From: Patescibacteria group bacterium
GTDB lineage: Bacteria > Patescibacteriota > Minisyncoccia > Ryanbacterales > GWA2-47-10b
Assembly (NCBI GenBank): GCA_038064855.1
Contig: JBBTSE010000007.1
Coordinates: forward strand, 18,079 to 82,078
DNA length: 64,000 nucleotides
Direction of reading: 5' to 3'
The position numbers were made by a program, and so were the translations under genes. Below are positions 30,100-39,366 of this stretch, in pieces; within the stretch, counting starts at the first letter, position 1; the number at the start of each line of letters is the position of its first letter. The notes under the pieces were generated by a model that searched no databases, had not been told where the DNA came from, and worked only from the letters and a program-made list of their open reading frames with translations.

Positions 30100-30135
30100 G
30101 ATACTTCCTCCAAGGTTCTGAGTTCAGAAAATATC

Positions 30136-30474
30136 TTACCTGTTTTTTACTCTTTTGTCAATATAAAAAATGACCCCGCGGATGTGTCTCCGTAGGGTCT
30201 GGATGCTGGGCGTCTCGCGCGTAGGGCGCACGAGCGCGGGTGCGTTTGATACGCGGTAGAGCGTCATCGAGATCATCACCGCCAGCAAGATAAGTAGCGC
30301 TATCACCACCCACAGCATGCGGTTGTTGCTAGTCTGCGCTTTGGCGATCTTTGCCAGCGCGCTTTGTCGCCGCTCACTGATGGGTATGACGCGTCGCGTA
30401 TGTGTCTCGGGTACGCCGTAGGTGCGGTTGGGGTCGCGTCGCTCTGGATCAAGTCTAATTAGTTTCGCAGACAT
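30136..30474 (-). CDS. single-TM Arg-rich membrane protein divergent from lexA; candidate SOS cell-division inhibitor analog
   Basis: SD GGAGG 5 nt before ATG. Basic N-terminal 60 aa, one TM, short C-tail. Topology matches ChiZ/DivS-type proteins. Confidence 0.55.
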   Translation of the reverse strand: MSAKLIRLDPERRDPNRTYGVPETHTRRVIPISERRQSALAKIAKAQTSNNRMLWVVIALLILLAVMISMTLYRVSNAPALVRPTRETPSIQTLRRHIRGVIFYIDKRVKNR

Positions 30475-30565
30475 GGCCACCTCCGTTTTCACCAAATCAT
30501 TTTTTGCTTATTTTGTAAAGATATTTTCGTTGTCCACAGCTTTTTGGCGCCAAGCACTTGTGTGG

Positions 30566-30579
30566 TGAACGAGCGTTCA
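30566..30579. promoter_or_regulatory. LexA operator (Cheo-box type TGAAC-N4-GTTCA)
   Basis: tGAACgagcGTTCa sits 15 nt upstream of the lexA start, in the divergent intergenic region. Confidence 0.65.
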
Positions 30580-30593
30580 CCTATGATATATGC

Positions 30594-31163
30594 ATGAGCA
30601 TCGAGCAATACAAATCAAAAATCATGAGTTTTTATGAGGGCAATCGGCGCATGCCGAGCTACGGCGAGATCGCGACCCTCCTCGGGTTCAAATCAAAAAA
30701 CGCCGCATCAAAAGTGATTGATAAATTGATTGATATGGGTGTGCTCGACAAAGACTCGCAAGGCCGCTTGGTGCCAACTCGCATGCTTGGCGAAGTACGC
30801 ATGCTCGGTGTGGTAGAGGCCGGTATTCCATCGCTCGCCGAAGAAGCCGCCGAGATGATCAGCATCGATCAGCTTTTGATTAGAAATAGAGATCGCACCT
30901 ATGTACTGACCGTAAAAGGCGATTCGATGATTGATGCGGGTATACGCGATGGTGATCTGGTGGTAGCCGAGCATGGCAAGCAAGCAAAGGAAGGGGATAT
31001 CGTGATAGCGGAGATTGATGGCGGGTGGACTATGAAATATTTACGAAAGAAAAACGGCACTACCTATCTCGAACCTGCCAATAGAAATTTTAAACCAATA
31101 TTTGCAGAACAGTCACTCAACATAGGCGCGGTCGTCACCGGCATTATCAGAAAATATCGTTAA
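30594..31163 (+). CDS. lexA: LexA repressor
   Basis: N-terminal wHTH, Ala-Gly cleavage region VEAG, S24 Ser motif KGDSM and Lys in MKYLRKK. Confidence 0.9.
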   Translation: MSIEQYKSKIMSFYEGNRRMPSYGEIATLLGFKSKNAASKVIDKLIDMGVLDKDSQGRLVPTRMLGEVRMLGVVEAGIPSLAEEAAEMISIDQLLIRNRDRTYVLTVKGDSMIDAGIRDGDLVVAEHGKQAKEGDIVIAEIDGGWTMKYLRKKNGTTYLEPANRNFKPIFAEQSLNIGAVVTGIIRKYR

Positions 31164-31170
31164 CAATCAT

Positions 31171-31368
31171 ATGAGCAAAACACAACTTCACAAAAGCATC
31201 GTACACGAGATAGGCCGGGTCAATGACCGCATTGATATCAAGATTTTGCGTGGCAAGTCATACCAGAGAGAAGCACAGCGTCACCGTATGCTCGTCACGC
31301 AGCTTGGGCGTCTTGAGAGGGGCGGCATTCGCTCGGGTTGGTTTTCTTCGCTGATCTCGCTACACTAG
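31171..31368 (+). CDS. small hypothetical protein, 65 aa, between lexA and bcp
   Basis: Tight operon spacing. No family recognised. Confidence 0.35.
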   Translation: MSKTQLHKSIVHEIGRVNDRIDIKILRGKSYQREAQRHRMLVTQLGRLERGGIRSGWFSSLISLH

Positions 31369-31373
31369 AGATC

Positions 31374-31844
31374 ATGGCACATACGATTAGAGAAGGATCA
31401 AAAGCACCAGTATTTAATTTGCCCGACCAATCAGGCGTCAATCACTCACTCAAAGAATATGCAGGCAGGTGGTTGCTTATTTATTTTTATCCGAAAGACA
31501 ATACCCCGGGATGCACCGTTGAGGCCTGTGCTATTCGTGACAACGCTACTGATTTCAAAAAATCAAAGATAGCGATAGTGGGCGTTTCTACTGACTCGAT
31601 TACCTCACACGAAAAATTTGCCAAAAAGTTTCAATTGCCATTTCCACTGTTGGCTGATGAAGACAAAAAGATGGTAGAGGCCTACGGCGTGTGGGGTGAA
31701 AAAAAGTTTATGGGCCGTACCTATATGGGCACGCGCCGCATGTCGTTTCTCATAAATCCCGAAGGCAAAATCGCTAAGATATATAGCGAGGTCAAACCCA
31801 AAGAGCACGCCGAGCAGGTGCTTGCTGATCATAAATCAATCTGA
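31374..31844 (+). CDS. bcp: thiol peroxidase Bcp (peroxiredoxin)
   Basis: FYPKDNTPGCTVEAC. Confidence 0.85.
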   Translation: MAHTIREGSKAPVFNLPDQSGVNHSLKEYAGRWLLIYFYPKDNTPGCTVEACAIRDNATDFKKSKIAIVGVSTDSITSHEKFAKKFQLPFPLLADEDKKMVEAYGVWGEKKFMGRTYMGTRRMSFLINPEGKIAKIYSEVKPKEHAEQVLADHKSI

Positions 31845-32635
31845 TGGCCGTCAAACGCAGATCAAATATTTACGATCCCGCATCCGCAGCGCCTTTTCGA
31901 TTTTCGCGCTCAAAGATCGAAAATTATATGCGTTGCCAGCGCTGTTCGTATCTTGACCGTCGCTTGGGTGTCAGTGAGCCTGACGGGTATCCATTTAACC
32001 TCAACAGCGCGGTAGATCATTTACTCAAAAAAGAATTTGATGTGCATCGCGCCAAGGGAAGCGCGCACCCACTCATGGAGTCATACGGTGTTGATGCTAT
32101 ACCATTTGACCATCCAGAGATGGGCCGGTGGCGCGAAAACTTTGTGGGTGTGCAATACCACCACCCAGCGACCAATTTTATCATCACGGGTGCAGTTGAT
32201 GATATTTGGGTTAATCCCAAAGGTGAGCTCCATGTCGTTGATTACAAAGCTACGAGCAAAGAGGGTGAAGTGACGCTTGATGCTGACTGGCAAGATGGTT
32301 ACAAGCGGCAGATGGAAATCTACCAGTGGCTCCTGCGCCGCGTGGGTTTTAAAGTTTCTGATACGGGCTATTTTGTCTACGCCAACGGCAAGCGTGATCG
32401 TGCCGCGTTTGATGCCAAGCTTGAGTTTGATGTAAAGATTATCCCGTATACGGGTGATGATTCATGGCTCGAGCGCACCATCAAAGAGATTCATAAAACG
32501 CTCTCGAGTGATGTTTTGCCCGCGTCAGGTGTCGGCTGCCAATATTGTCTGTATCGTGCAGAGGCAGAGCGCGCCCTCAAACCGCTTGGCAAAAAACCCC
32601 GCGTCAAAAAACAAAACTCGCTTTTTGGCCCGTGA
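31844..32635 (+). CDS. PD-(D/E)xK nuclease, Cas4/RecB-like with Cys cluster (no CRISPR context)
   Basis: CQRCSY near the N-terminus. VDDIWVNPKGELHVVDYKAT (D..D/ExK). QMEIYQWLL (QxxxY). CQYCLY at the C-terminus. Confidence 0.7.
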   Translation: MAVKRRSNIYDPASAAPFRFSRSKIENYMRCQRCSYLDRRLGVSEPDGYPFNLNSAVDHLLKKEFDVHRAKGSAHPLMESYGVDAIPFDHPEMGRWRENFVGVQYHHPATNFIITGAVDDIWVNPKGELHVVDYKATSKEGEVTLDADWQDGYKRQMEIYQWLLRRVGFKVSDTGYFVYANGKRDRAAFDAKLEFDVKIIPYTGDDSWLERTIKEIHKTLSSDVLPASGVGCQYCLYRAEAERALKPLGKKPRVKKQNSLFGP

Positions 32636-32653
32636 TTTTCTATACTAGTCTCT

Positions 32654-33322
32654 ATGGAAAACGAACAAACACAACCTCAAAATCAAAACACACCGGAACA
32701 AGGTTCTACCAAAAAAGATCAGCGTGCCGCAGAGCGCGCCGCGCGTGATGCCGTAGCGCTACGCCGCGTACAGATGCGCAAGGTCAAAAAGATTGGCTTT
32801 GGGGTCATTGTTATTTTACTTGTCGTCGGTGGTGGATATTTTGTCTATCAATCAATGCCAGAGGAGCGTCAGCTTGGTACCGATTACTCACGCACTATCG
32901 AAGACGGTGGGCAAGACCACACCAAAGAGGGCGAGAAGACTACCACTTGGAAATCAAACCCACCCGTATCAGGTCCACATTGGCCTGACCCCCAGCGCGA
33001 TGGTATCTATGACAAAGAATTACCAGAGGAGGGCGTGGTGCACTCACTCGAGCATGGTCGTATTTGGATTTCATACAAGCCAAGTATTCCTGATGCCACA
33101 AAAGAAGCGCTCAAAGAGCTTGCTCGTAAAAACACCTATATGGTAGTCTCGGTGCGTGCCGCAAATGAAACCGATGTAGCTTTGGCGGCATGGAATCATC
33201 TTGATTCGTTTAATCTCAACGCCGATGGCAGTTTTGACACTGTACGCGTACAAGATTTTATTGATCGGTATCGTGATAAGGGCCCTGAAAAAGTGCCATT
33301 CATGACGGGCAAGGAATACTAA
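32654..33322 (+). CDS. DUF3105 family membrane protein
   Basis: TM then HSLEHGRIWISY signature. Confidence 0.65.
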   Translation: MENEQTQPQNQNTPEQGSTKKDQRAAERAARDAVALRRVQMRKVKKIGFGVIVILLVVGGGYFVYQSMPEERQLGTDYSRTIEDGGQDHTKEGEKTTTWKSNPPVSGPHWPDPQRDGIYDKELPEEGVVHSLEHGRIWISYKPSIPDATKEALKELARKNTYMVVSVRAANETDVALAAWNHLDSFNLNADGSFDTVRVQDFIDRYRDKGPEKVPFMTGKEY

Positions 33323-33840
33323 TGAAAAAAATATTACTCGCACTCATGCTCGCCCTTCCACTAGTAGCGGGCGCGCATGGTGGTGAGCAACGCGTAGTTG
33401 ATGGTACATACATTGTCAGTATGTCGCGCGCGCCGTTTACACCACGCATGGGCGTGCCTACCAAATTGTTGATCTCAATATCTGATATTGCGTCAGGCAA
33501 TGTATCCGATAAAGACGCGATCATCAATCTGCGTGTAGCACGGCTTGCAAGTCCGGGCGACGAGCCGCAGTTTATTTTTGAAGAAAAAAACATCAAAGCC
33601 GAGCGCTCGACGCTTGGGTACTCGTATACCTTTCGTGAGGTAGGATTCCATGAGATCTATATCGATTTTGCGTTTGTGGATAGTCCTACGAAAGTCATGA
33701 GCGCATCAGATTATTTGCTCGATGTGCAGCCAGCACAAGAGGCAGGTGGCGATAAGTCTTTTGCGCTATGGGGTTTTGGCGGGTTGTTTCTGGGCGCGAT
33801 ATTCACAAAGATAGTGCTTGCACGCAAGGGCGAAATATAG
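33322..33840 (+). CDS. hypothetical secreted protein with C-terminal TM anchor
   Basis: Signal peptide MKKILLALMLALPLVAGA. C-terminal LWGFGGLFLGAIF. Confidence 0.5.
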   Translation: MKKILLALMLALPLVAGAHGGEQRVVDGTYIVSMSRAPFTPRMGVPTKLLISISDIASGNVSDKDAIINLRVARLASPGDEPQFIFEEKNIKAERSTLGYSYTFREVGFHEIYIDFAFVDSPTKVMSASDYLLDVQPAQEAGGDKSFALWGFGGLFLGAIFTKIVLARKGEI

Positions 33841-33950
33841 CATAGTAGACGCACTCAACGATTAGGCAATGTTCAGAGTTTGAGAAACAAGAAGTCGTTT
33901 GCCTAGCTCGAAGGAGGATTATAAGGAAAACTAGGCAACGGCACATTCAC

Positions 33951-34160
33951 ATGGATATGCAACGACCAGCGCGTGAGATCCACGATGTTACATCATTGGG
34001 AATCACCTGCGCAAGCTGTGGCAATGCAGTGACCGAGCTTCCGTTTGCGCCCACAAAGCGTGACGATGGAACCTACGGCCGCATCTTCTGTCGCGACTGC
34101 AACCGCAATCGTCAACCTCGCGGAGGTGGCGGTGGTGGAGGCGGCGGCTTCCGCCGCTAA
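33951..34160 (+). CDS. zinc-ribbon protein (CxxCG-x17-CxxC, ELPFAP motif) with Gly/Arg tail
   Basis: ITCASCGNAVTELPFAPTKRDDGTYGRIFCRDC then GGGGGGGGGFRR. Resembles zf-trcl type ribbons. Confidence 0.5.
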   Translation: MDMQRPAREIHDVTSLGITCASCGNAVTELPFAPTKRDDGTYGRIFCRDCNRNRQPRGGGGGGGGGFRR

Positions 34161-34177
34161 GCGGAAATCAGCAACAA

Positions 34178-34213
34178 AAACCCTCCCGCAGTTGCGGGAG
34201 GGTTTTTGTTTTC
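34178..34213 (+). terminator. rho-independent terminator
   Basis: CCCTCCCGC-agtt-GCGGGAGGG then TTTTTGTTTT. Confidence 0.85.
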
Positions 34214-34251
34214 TCAAAAATCTTTTCCTGCTACACTAAGAAAGCTACTCT

Positions 34252-34863
34252 ATGGGTTTTCTCGAACCAGTCTTTTTGATTAAGACGGCCGGATACATTG
34301 GCCTTTTTGCTATTGTATTTGCCGAATCAGGACTCTTTGTCGGTTTCTTTTTGCCGGGGGATTCACTACTGTTTACCGCTGGATTTTTGGCATCGCAAGG
34401 TTTGCTCAATATTTGGTTTTTGGTACCGCTAGTATTTTCTGCGGCCATCTTGGGTGACAATGTGGGCTACGCATTTGGTAGGCGCGTGGGCCCGCGTATT
34501 TTTAAAAAAGATGATTCGATTTTTTTTCACAAAGACCATGTCCGCAGGGCCGAAGAATTTTACAAAGTACACGGCGCCAAAACCTTGGTGCTCGCGCGCT
34601 TCACTCCTGTGATCCGTACCTTCGCGCCTATCGTGGCGGGCGTAGGGCATATGCATTACCCAATTTTTTTGTTTTATAATATTATCGGCGCGGTGTTGTG
34701 GGCTATCGGTATGCCGCTCATCGGGTATTTCTTGGGTGCGTTTGTGCCGGGCGTTGATCAGTATCTGATACCGATTATTTTAGTGATCATCACGGTCTCG
34801 ATGTTGCCGGGCGTATTTCATGTAGGGCGTGAGTATTTGGCACACAAAAGGCGCTCACGCTAG
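34252..34863 (+). CDS. DedA family membrane protein (second copy)
   Basis: FVGFFLPGDSLLFTAG DedA motif. Confidence 0.75.
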   Translation: MGFLEPVFLIKTAGYIGLFAIVFAESGLFVGFFLPGDSLLFTAGFLASQGLLNIWFLVPLVFSAAILGDNVGYAFGRRVGPRIFKKDDSIFFHKDHVRRAEEFYKVHGAKTLVLARFTPVIRTFAPIVAGVGHMHYPIFLFYNIIGAVLWAIGMPLIGYFLGAFVPGVDQYLIPIILVIITVSMLPGVFHVGREYLAHKRRSR

Positions 34864-35648
34864 AGCGCGAGTGTGATGATGATGGCGCCCGCGAGTGCGA
34901 GGCGATAGTACACAAACGGCATCAGCGTTGAGCGCTCGGCTATTTTAGTGATCAGGTTGATAGCGGCGATGGCTGATACAAACGCGGCGATAAAGCCAAA
35001 GATATTGGGTCCCGTAATAACTATCTCGGGTCGCGCGACAATTGTCTTGAGACTGGCGGCAATGATGATAGGTGTAGAGAGTAAAAACGAATAATGAGTG
35101 GCTTCAACACGCGTTTTGCCGAGGAGTAAACCTCCAGAAATCGTTGCCCCTGAACGAGAAATGCCCGGAAAGAGTGCGAGCGCTTGAAATATACCGATGA
35201 TAAACCCCTCGTATGGCAAGATCATACCGCTATCGTGATTACGGCGGTGGCGCATATATTCGGCACCCGCTATCAGCGCGCTACCCGCGATAAGCCCTAT
35301 GGCGACCGCAAGAGAGGTACGAAAGGTATTGGTGATGGTATCTTCAAATAAAATACCCGCGATACCGGCCGGTATAGTACCCAAGATGATATTGAGCAGG
35401 AGCTGCCTGCCACGCGTATCGATGCGCGAAGTAAATGATTTTATGAGATGCAACCAATCAGCGCGAAAATACCAGATGACCGCAAGGACTGTCGCAAGGT
35501 GTACGGCGACATCAAACGGTACGGCATCAGCTGCGGCAATACCAAAAAAACTTTCAAAGATGATGAGATGTCCGGTGGATGATACGGGCAAAAATTCAGT
35601 AAACCCCTGCACGATGCCCAAAAGTGTCGCAATCACATAGCTTTGCAT
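34860..35648 (-). CDS. uppP: undecaprenyl-diphosphate phosphatase
   Basis: VQGFTEFLPVSSTGHL. Confidence 0.9.
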   Translation of the reverse strand: MQSYVIATLLGIVQGFTEFLPVSSTGHLIIFESFFGIAAADAVPFDVAVHLATVLAVIWYFRADWLHLIKSFTSRIDTRGRQLLLNIILGTIPAGIAGILFEDTITNTFRTSLAVAIGLIAGSALIAGAEYMRHRRNHDSGMILPYEGFIIGIFQALALFPGISRSGATISGGLLLGKTRVEATHYSFLLSTPIIIAASLKTIVARPEIVITGPNIFGFIAAFVSAIAAINLITKIAERSTLMPFVYYRLALAGAIIITLAL

Positions 35649-35881
35649 ATCACCTATGATGCCTTACTCGTCAAGGATTGACAATGAAGTCGCGCAGGAG
35701 TAGGAATGACCCTACACGAAGTAAATATTTTGCAAAAAGATATTTGCCAACTTCTGTCCTATGTGGTCTCAAAAAAACGCAATCCTGAAAAATAGTAAAT
35801 CAGTCAAGAGAAGTTTTTGCGCGTGTAGGCAACATATTTACCGATATCCACAAAAGTGGATAAGTTTTTTTGTATTTTTTC

Positions 35882-35912
35882 TTGACACTTACTTTATTGA
35901 TTTGTTAAGAAT
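35882..35912 (+). promoter_or_regulatory. candidate sigma70 promoter (TTGACA-N17/18-TAAGAAT) for the first SipW-cognate paralog, leaving an approx 258-nt leader
   Basis: Motif read by eye. Long structured leader contains the GGCGCCTGCGCC and GCATGCGAGTGCATG hairpins. Confidence 0.3.
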
Positions 35913-36170
35913 GGTTCGAGGCGAGCACTGTCGCTTTGTCCTTAACAAAAATATGGCGCAGGTTTTTCGGTCAATGTCAGATGCCCGCGCCTTTTTGATT
36001 TTTGCCGGAGGTGAGCTGGCGCCTGCGCCAGTCTCATGGAATACTATTCGACTTGTCGAGCGGTATCCGTGAGATTTGAGTGCCAGCTAACCCCCGGTTG
36101 AAATTTGAACGGCAGCGCATGCGAGTGCATGGCCGAGAAAATATTATCAGTTATAAGCTTTATTAACGGC

Positions 36171-37574
36171 ATGAAAAGAAAAATTCTTTCTGGAGCCGTA
36201 GCACTGGCAGTCGGAGTAGCGATACTTCCGCTTTTTGCCGCATTTGAAGCGCATGTGATCAATGTCACCGCAAAGATCGAAAATGCCCTCAATGTACCGC
36301 TCGGTTACCTCGATTTCGGAACGGTGTTTCCACAAGAACACCTCGATAAGTCGCTCGATATCAATCTCTCGCAGTCGTTCTTGGACGAAAATCGCGTAGA
36401 CGATGTCAGCTATATTATTCGCCAAAAGCCAAAGTGCGCTATCACGACTCTTGGGGGCACCTCATTTGATGCAACCCTCGATCAAGATGGCAAAAATCAC
36501 CTCTACACGGGCACTGGCCATGTGGTAGTTGGTGACAACCCAGCTACCGATGCAGTTGAAACTTCATGGGTTAACTGTGGTCCTGCACCTCGCGAGCTTG
36601 CACAAGGCGAGACTTGGGGCGCTCTTCCAATGCTTTGCCCATACATTTCAAAGCATCCTGATGGCAAAGACGACCAAGATGCGACCAACACCGTTGGCGC
36701 GCTCAACGATGGTCATATGGATTCGTTCCACAAGCCATGGTCAATCATTGAAAATGGCATTGTATGGAATGACACCAAGGGTCACCTCGCAAAGTCTCAA
36801 AAAGACACCAAAGACCTTTGGACCATTGACCTTGCCGTACCATGTTTTGGTGGTTACTGCGCACAAGATTGGGAAGAGTTTGTGCATGGCATAAACCCTG
36901 ACGCAAACCCAGCAGCCTATACCCAACCAATCGCAAACGAACACAAGATTTTCGGTTGTGATCTTTGGGTAGAAGTAACAGGCATCAGCCTTCCAGGCCT
37001 TGGTTGCAACAAGAAAATTGACTTGATGCTGGTTGTTGACCGATCAGGTAGCATCGGCAGTACCAACATGGCAGCAGTCAGAACTGCCCTCAAGGCGTTC
37101 GTTGATGCCTTGGTACTTGCTCTTGATGGACCGCACGCAGGCCAATCAAGCTTTGCTTCACTCGGAACCTTAGATCAGGTTTTGACTGATGATGAAGTAT
37201 TGGTGAAGGCGGCAATCGACACATTAGTCTCAAGCGGTTCGACAAATATGACCGCTGGTATCAATGAGGCAAAGCTCGAGCTCGAAAGTATTCGCGACCG
37301 AGCTGATGCGCCAGACTTTATGGTGATCGTAACCGACGGCATACCAAATGTCTGTGCTGACGGCTCTTGCAGTGCAGGAGAGGCCGATGCAGAAGCTTTG
37401 GCAGCAGCAACCGCAGCCAAGGCAGCAGGCATTGAAATCTATGTAGTCGGTGTTGGAAGTGGTGTAGACGCAGATTATCTGAAGACTATCGCAAGTGGTG
37501 AAGATCACTACTTTGCAGGTGACTTTGGTACTCTCAACACAACGCTTGCAGACATCGTAAACTGCGAAGACTAG
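36171..37574 (+). CDS. SipW-cognate-signal secreted protein, paralog 1: conserved 6-Cys N-domain + C-terminal vWA domain
   Basis: Signal LPLFAAFEAHVINVTAKIENAL. Shared domain (QKPKC, CPYISKH, VPCFGGYCAQDW, FGCDLWVEV). MIDAS DRSGS in LMLVVDRSGSIGS. Confidence 0.75.
   Translation: MKRKILSGAVALAVGVAILPLFAAFEAHVINVTAKIENALNVPLGYLDFGTVFPQEHLDKSLDINLSQSFLDENRVDDVSYIIRQKPKCAITTLGGTSFDATLDQDGKNHLYTGTGHVVVGDNPATDAVETSWVNCGPAPRELAQGETWGALPMLCPYISKHPDGKDDQDATNTVGALNDGHMDSFHKPWSIIENGIVWNDTKGHLAKSQKDTKDLWTIDLAVPCFGGYCAQDWEEFVHGINPDANPAAYTQPIANEHKIFGCDLWVEVTGISLPGLGCNKKIDLMLVVDRSGSIGSTNMAAVRTALKAFVDALVLALDGPHAGQSSFASLGTLDQVLTDDEVLVKAAIDTLVSSGSTNMTAGINEAKLELESIRDRADAPDFMVIVTDGIPNVCADGSCSAGEADAEALAAATAAKAAGIEIYVVGVGSGVDADYLKTIASGEDHYFAGDFGTLNTTLADIVNCED
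36235..36296 (+). repeat. about 60-nt conserved block encoding the SipW-cognate signal, repeated at 37831-37892 and 38674-38735
   Basis: TTTGCNGCNTTYGAAGCNCATGTNATCAATGTNACCGCAAAGATYGARAAYGC is near-identical at nucleotide level in three paralogs. Confidence 0.6.
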
Positions 37575-37768
37575 TTGTAGCCAAACTCCGCCCCCAGTCT
37601 CAAAAAGAGAGGGGCGGGGATTTGGCCGGAATTACTTTCGGTCAAAATTAAAAGCAAACAATTCCGAAGCCCGAGCGCATCTAAGGGGCACGGATGACAA
37701 AGGTCGATATACAAGATACAGATGCGCGAAAATATTATTTAGCTAAGTCATAAAATACTTATCATATT

Positions 37769-38575
37769 ATGAAGAAAAAAATCGTATTAGGACTTGGCGC
37801 TATCGCAATCACTGCCGCAACCCTTCCGTTGTTTGCAGCATTCGAAGCCCATGTCATCAATGTCACCGCAAAGATTGAGAACGCGCTCAAAGTTGATCCG
37901 CAGTTTCTCAATTTCGGTACTGTGTTCCCACAAGAAAAACTTGAGAAGCCCGTCATGATTGAGCTTTCTCAATCATTTAAGGACGAAGACCGTGTTGACG
38001 ATGTAGAGTACATGATTCGCCAAAAGCCGAAGTGCGCAATCACTTCACAGAATGGCACCGTGATTGATCTTTCAGATGCAGATCACAATGGCGTTCATGA
38101 TTTTACCGGCACTGGTCACATCAAGTTTGACGCAGACGGCAAGCCATGGGTTGATTGTGGTTCTGCACCTCGCGAGCTTGCACAGGCCGAGACTTGGGGT
38201 GTTCTTCCAAACCTTTGCCCATACCTCTCAAAGCATTCAGAGAAGCTTGCACAGGGCGGATATGAAGATGGCGCTCTTGCATCATTCCATGCACCATGGG
38301 TTATCGATGCCGCTTCATCAACTATCACTTGGACTGAAGTTCGTGGCCGTCTTTCAAAGATTGGCAACGATGTCAAAGACACTTGGTTGATTGACCTTGC
38401 AGTACCTTGCTTTGGCGGTTACTGCGCACAAGACTGGGCTGATTTTGTTCATGGTGTAAACCCTGACGCAGATCCAGCAGCCTACACTCAGCCAATCTCA
38501 AACGAACACAAAGTGTTTGGTTGCGATCTCTGGGTTGAGGTAACCGGCGTGAGCGAAACTCCAACAGACAACTAA
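37769..38575 (+). CDS. SipW-cognate-signal secreted protein, paralog 2 (N-domain only)
   Basis: LPLFAAFEAHVINVTAKIENALKV plus the same Cys-containing blocks. Confidence 0.75.
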   Translation: MKKKIVLGLGAIAITAATLPLFAAFEAHVINVTAKIENALKVDPQFLNFGTVFPQEKLEKPVMIELSQSFKDEDRVDDVEYMIRQKPKCAITSQNGTVIDLSDADHNGVHDFTGTGHIKFDADGKPWVDCGSAPRELAQAETWGVLPNLCPYLSKHSEKLAQGGYEDGALASFHAPWVIDAASSTITWTEVRGRLSKIGNDVKDTWLIDLAVPCFGGYCAQDWADFVHGVNPDADPAAYTQPISNEHKVFGCDLWVEVTGVSETPTDN

Positions 38576-38610
38576 ATCTATTAACAGTTTAAAGGGGTAC
38601 CTAAACTCTT

Positions 38611-39366
38611 ATGAAAAGCAAAATCTTTGTAGCGGTAGGAGCTTTGGGGGTGGCGATCGTCACCCTACCCCTTTTTGCTGCGTTTGAAGCGCATGTCATC
38701 AATGTGACCGCAAAGATTGAGAACGCGCTCTATGTGCATCCTCAATCGCTTCAATTCGGCACGGTTTTTCCGCAAGAATATCTCGAGTCGTCTTTCTTTA
38801 TCGCATTCAGCCAGTCTTTTTCTGAGACCACGCAGCAGCGAGTAGGAAAGGTTGACTATGTAATCAAGCAGAAGCCAAAGCCGAAAGAATCTTTTGTGGC
38901 CAGTGCAGGTGTTGAGGAGGCGCGTGATTGGTGCCACCACAACATTCCTGATCCGCTCTACCGCGGATATGCGACGAGCACGCCAGCGTGGGACGCATTT
39001 TATGTAAACTGCTATCCAACGCTGTGTCCGTATCTCTCAAAGCATCCTGACAACAATCCCAGCACGGGCAAAAACAAGTTCAATGACCACGGGCTTCCGT
39101 CATTTCACAATCCGGAGCTCGAGTCAGCGACAGGGACTATCGTAAAGTTCAACACGCCGGGTAACACGGTCGGCAACGACCCGTCAGATACCTGGACGAT
39201 TGATCTTTCGGTACCGTGCTTCAACGGATTCTGCGCGCAAGACTGGGCAGATTTTGTTCACTCAAAAAATCCAGAAGCTGATCCAGATGACTTTATGCTG
39301 CCGCCGAGCCTCGAACACGAGGTCTTGGGCTGTGATCTCTGGGTTGAAGTCACCAAAATTTACTAA
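38611..39366 (+). CDS. SipW-cognate-signal secreted protein, paralog 3 (divergent N-domain)
   Basis: LPLFAAFEAHVINVTAKIENALYV, LCPYLSKH, VPCFNGFCAQDWADFVH, LGCDLWVEV. Confidence 0.75.
   Translation: MKSKIFVAVGALGVAIVTLPLFAAFEAHVINVTAKIENALYVHPQSLQFGTVFPQEYLESSFFIAFSQSFSETTQQRVGKVDYVIKQKPKPKESFVASAGVEEARDWCHHNIPDPLYRGYATSTPAWDAFYVNCYPTLCPYLSKHPDNNPSTGKNKFNDHGLPSFHNPELESATGTIVKFNTPGNTVGNDPSDTWTIDLSVPCFNGFCAQDWADFVHSKNPEADPDDFMLPPSLEHEVLGCDLWVEVTKIY

Noticed and set aside
30495-30495. Longer start (MVKTEVAMSAK) for the lexA-divergent gene
   Set aside because: The GGAGG SD lies inside that extension and sits 5 nt before the internal ATG at 30474.
31844-32635. Cas4-like nuclease as evidence of a CRISPR-Cas locus
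   Set aside because: No repeat-spacer array or other cas genes anywhere in the window. Treated as a stand-alone PD-(D/E)xK nuclease.
36529-36894. Assorted 60 to 120-aa ORFs on both strands inside the paralog genes (36147..36425, 38064..38390, 43179..43496, etc.)
   Set aside because: Nested inside long homologous CDSs. No independent signals.
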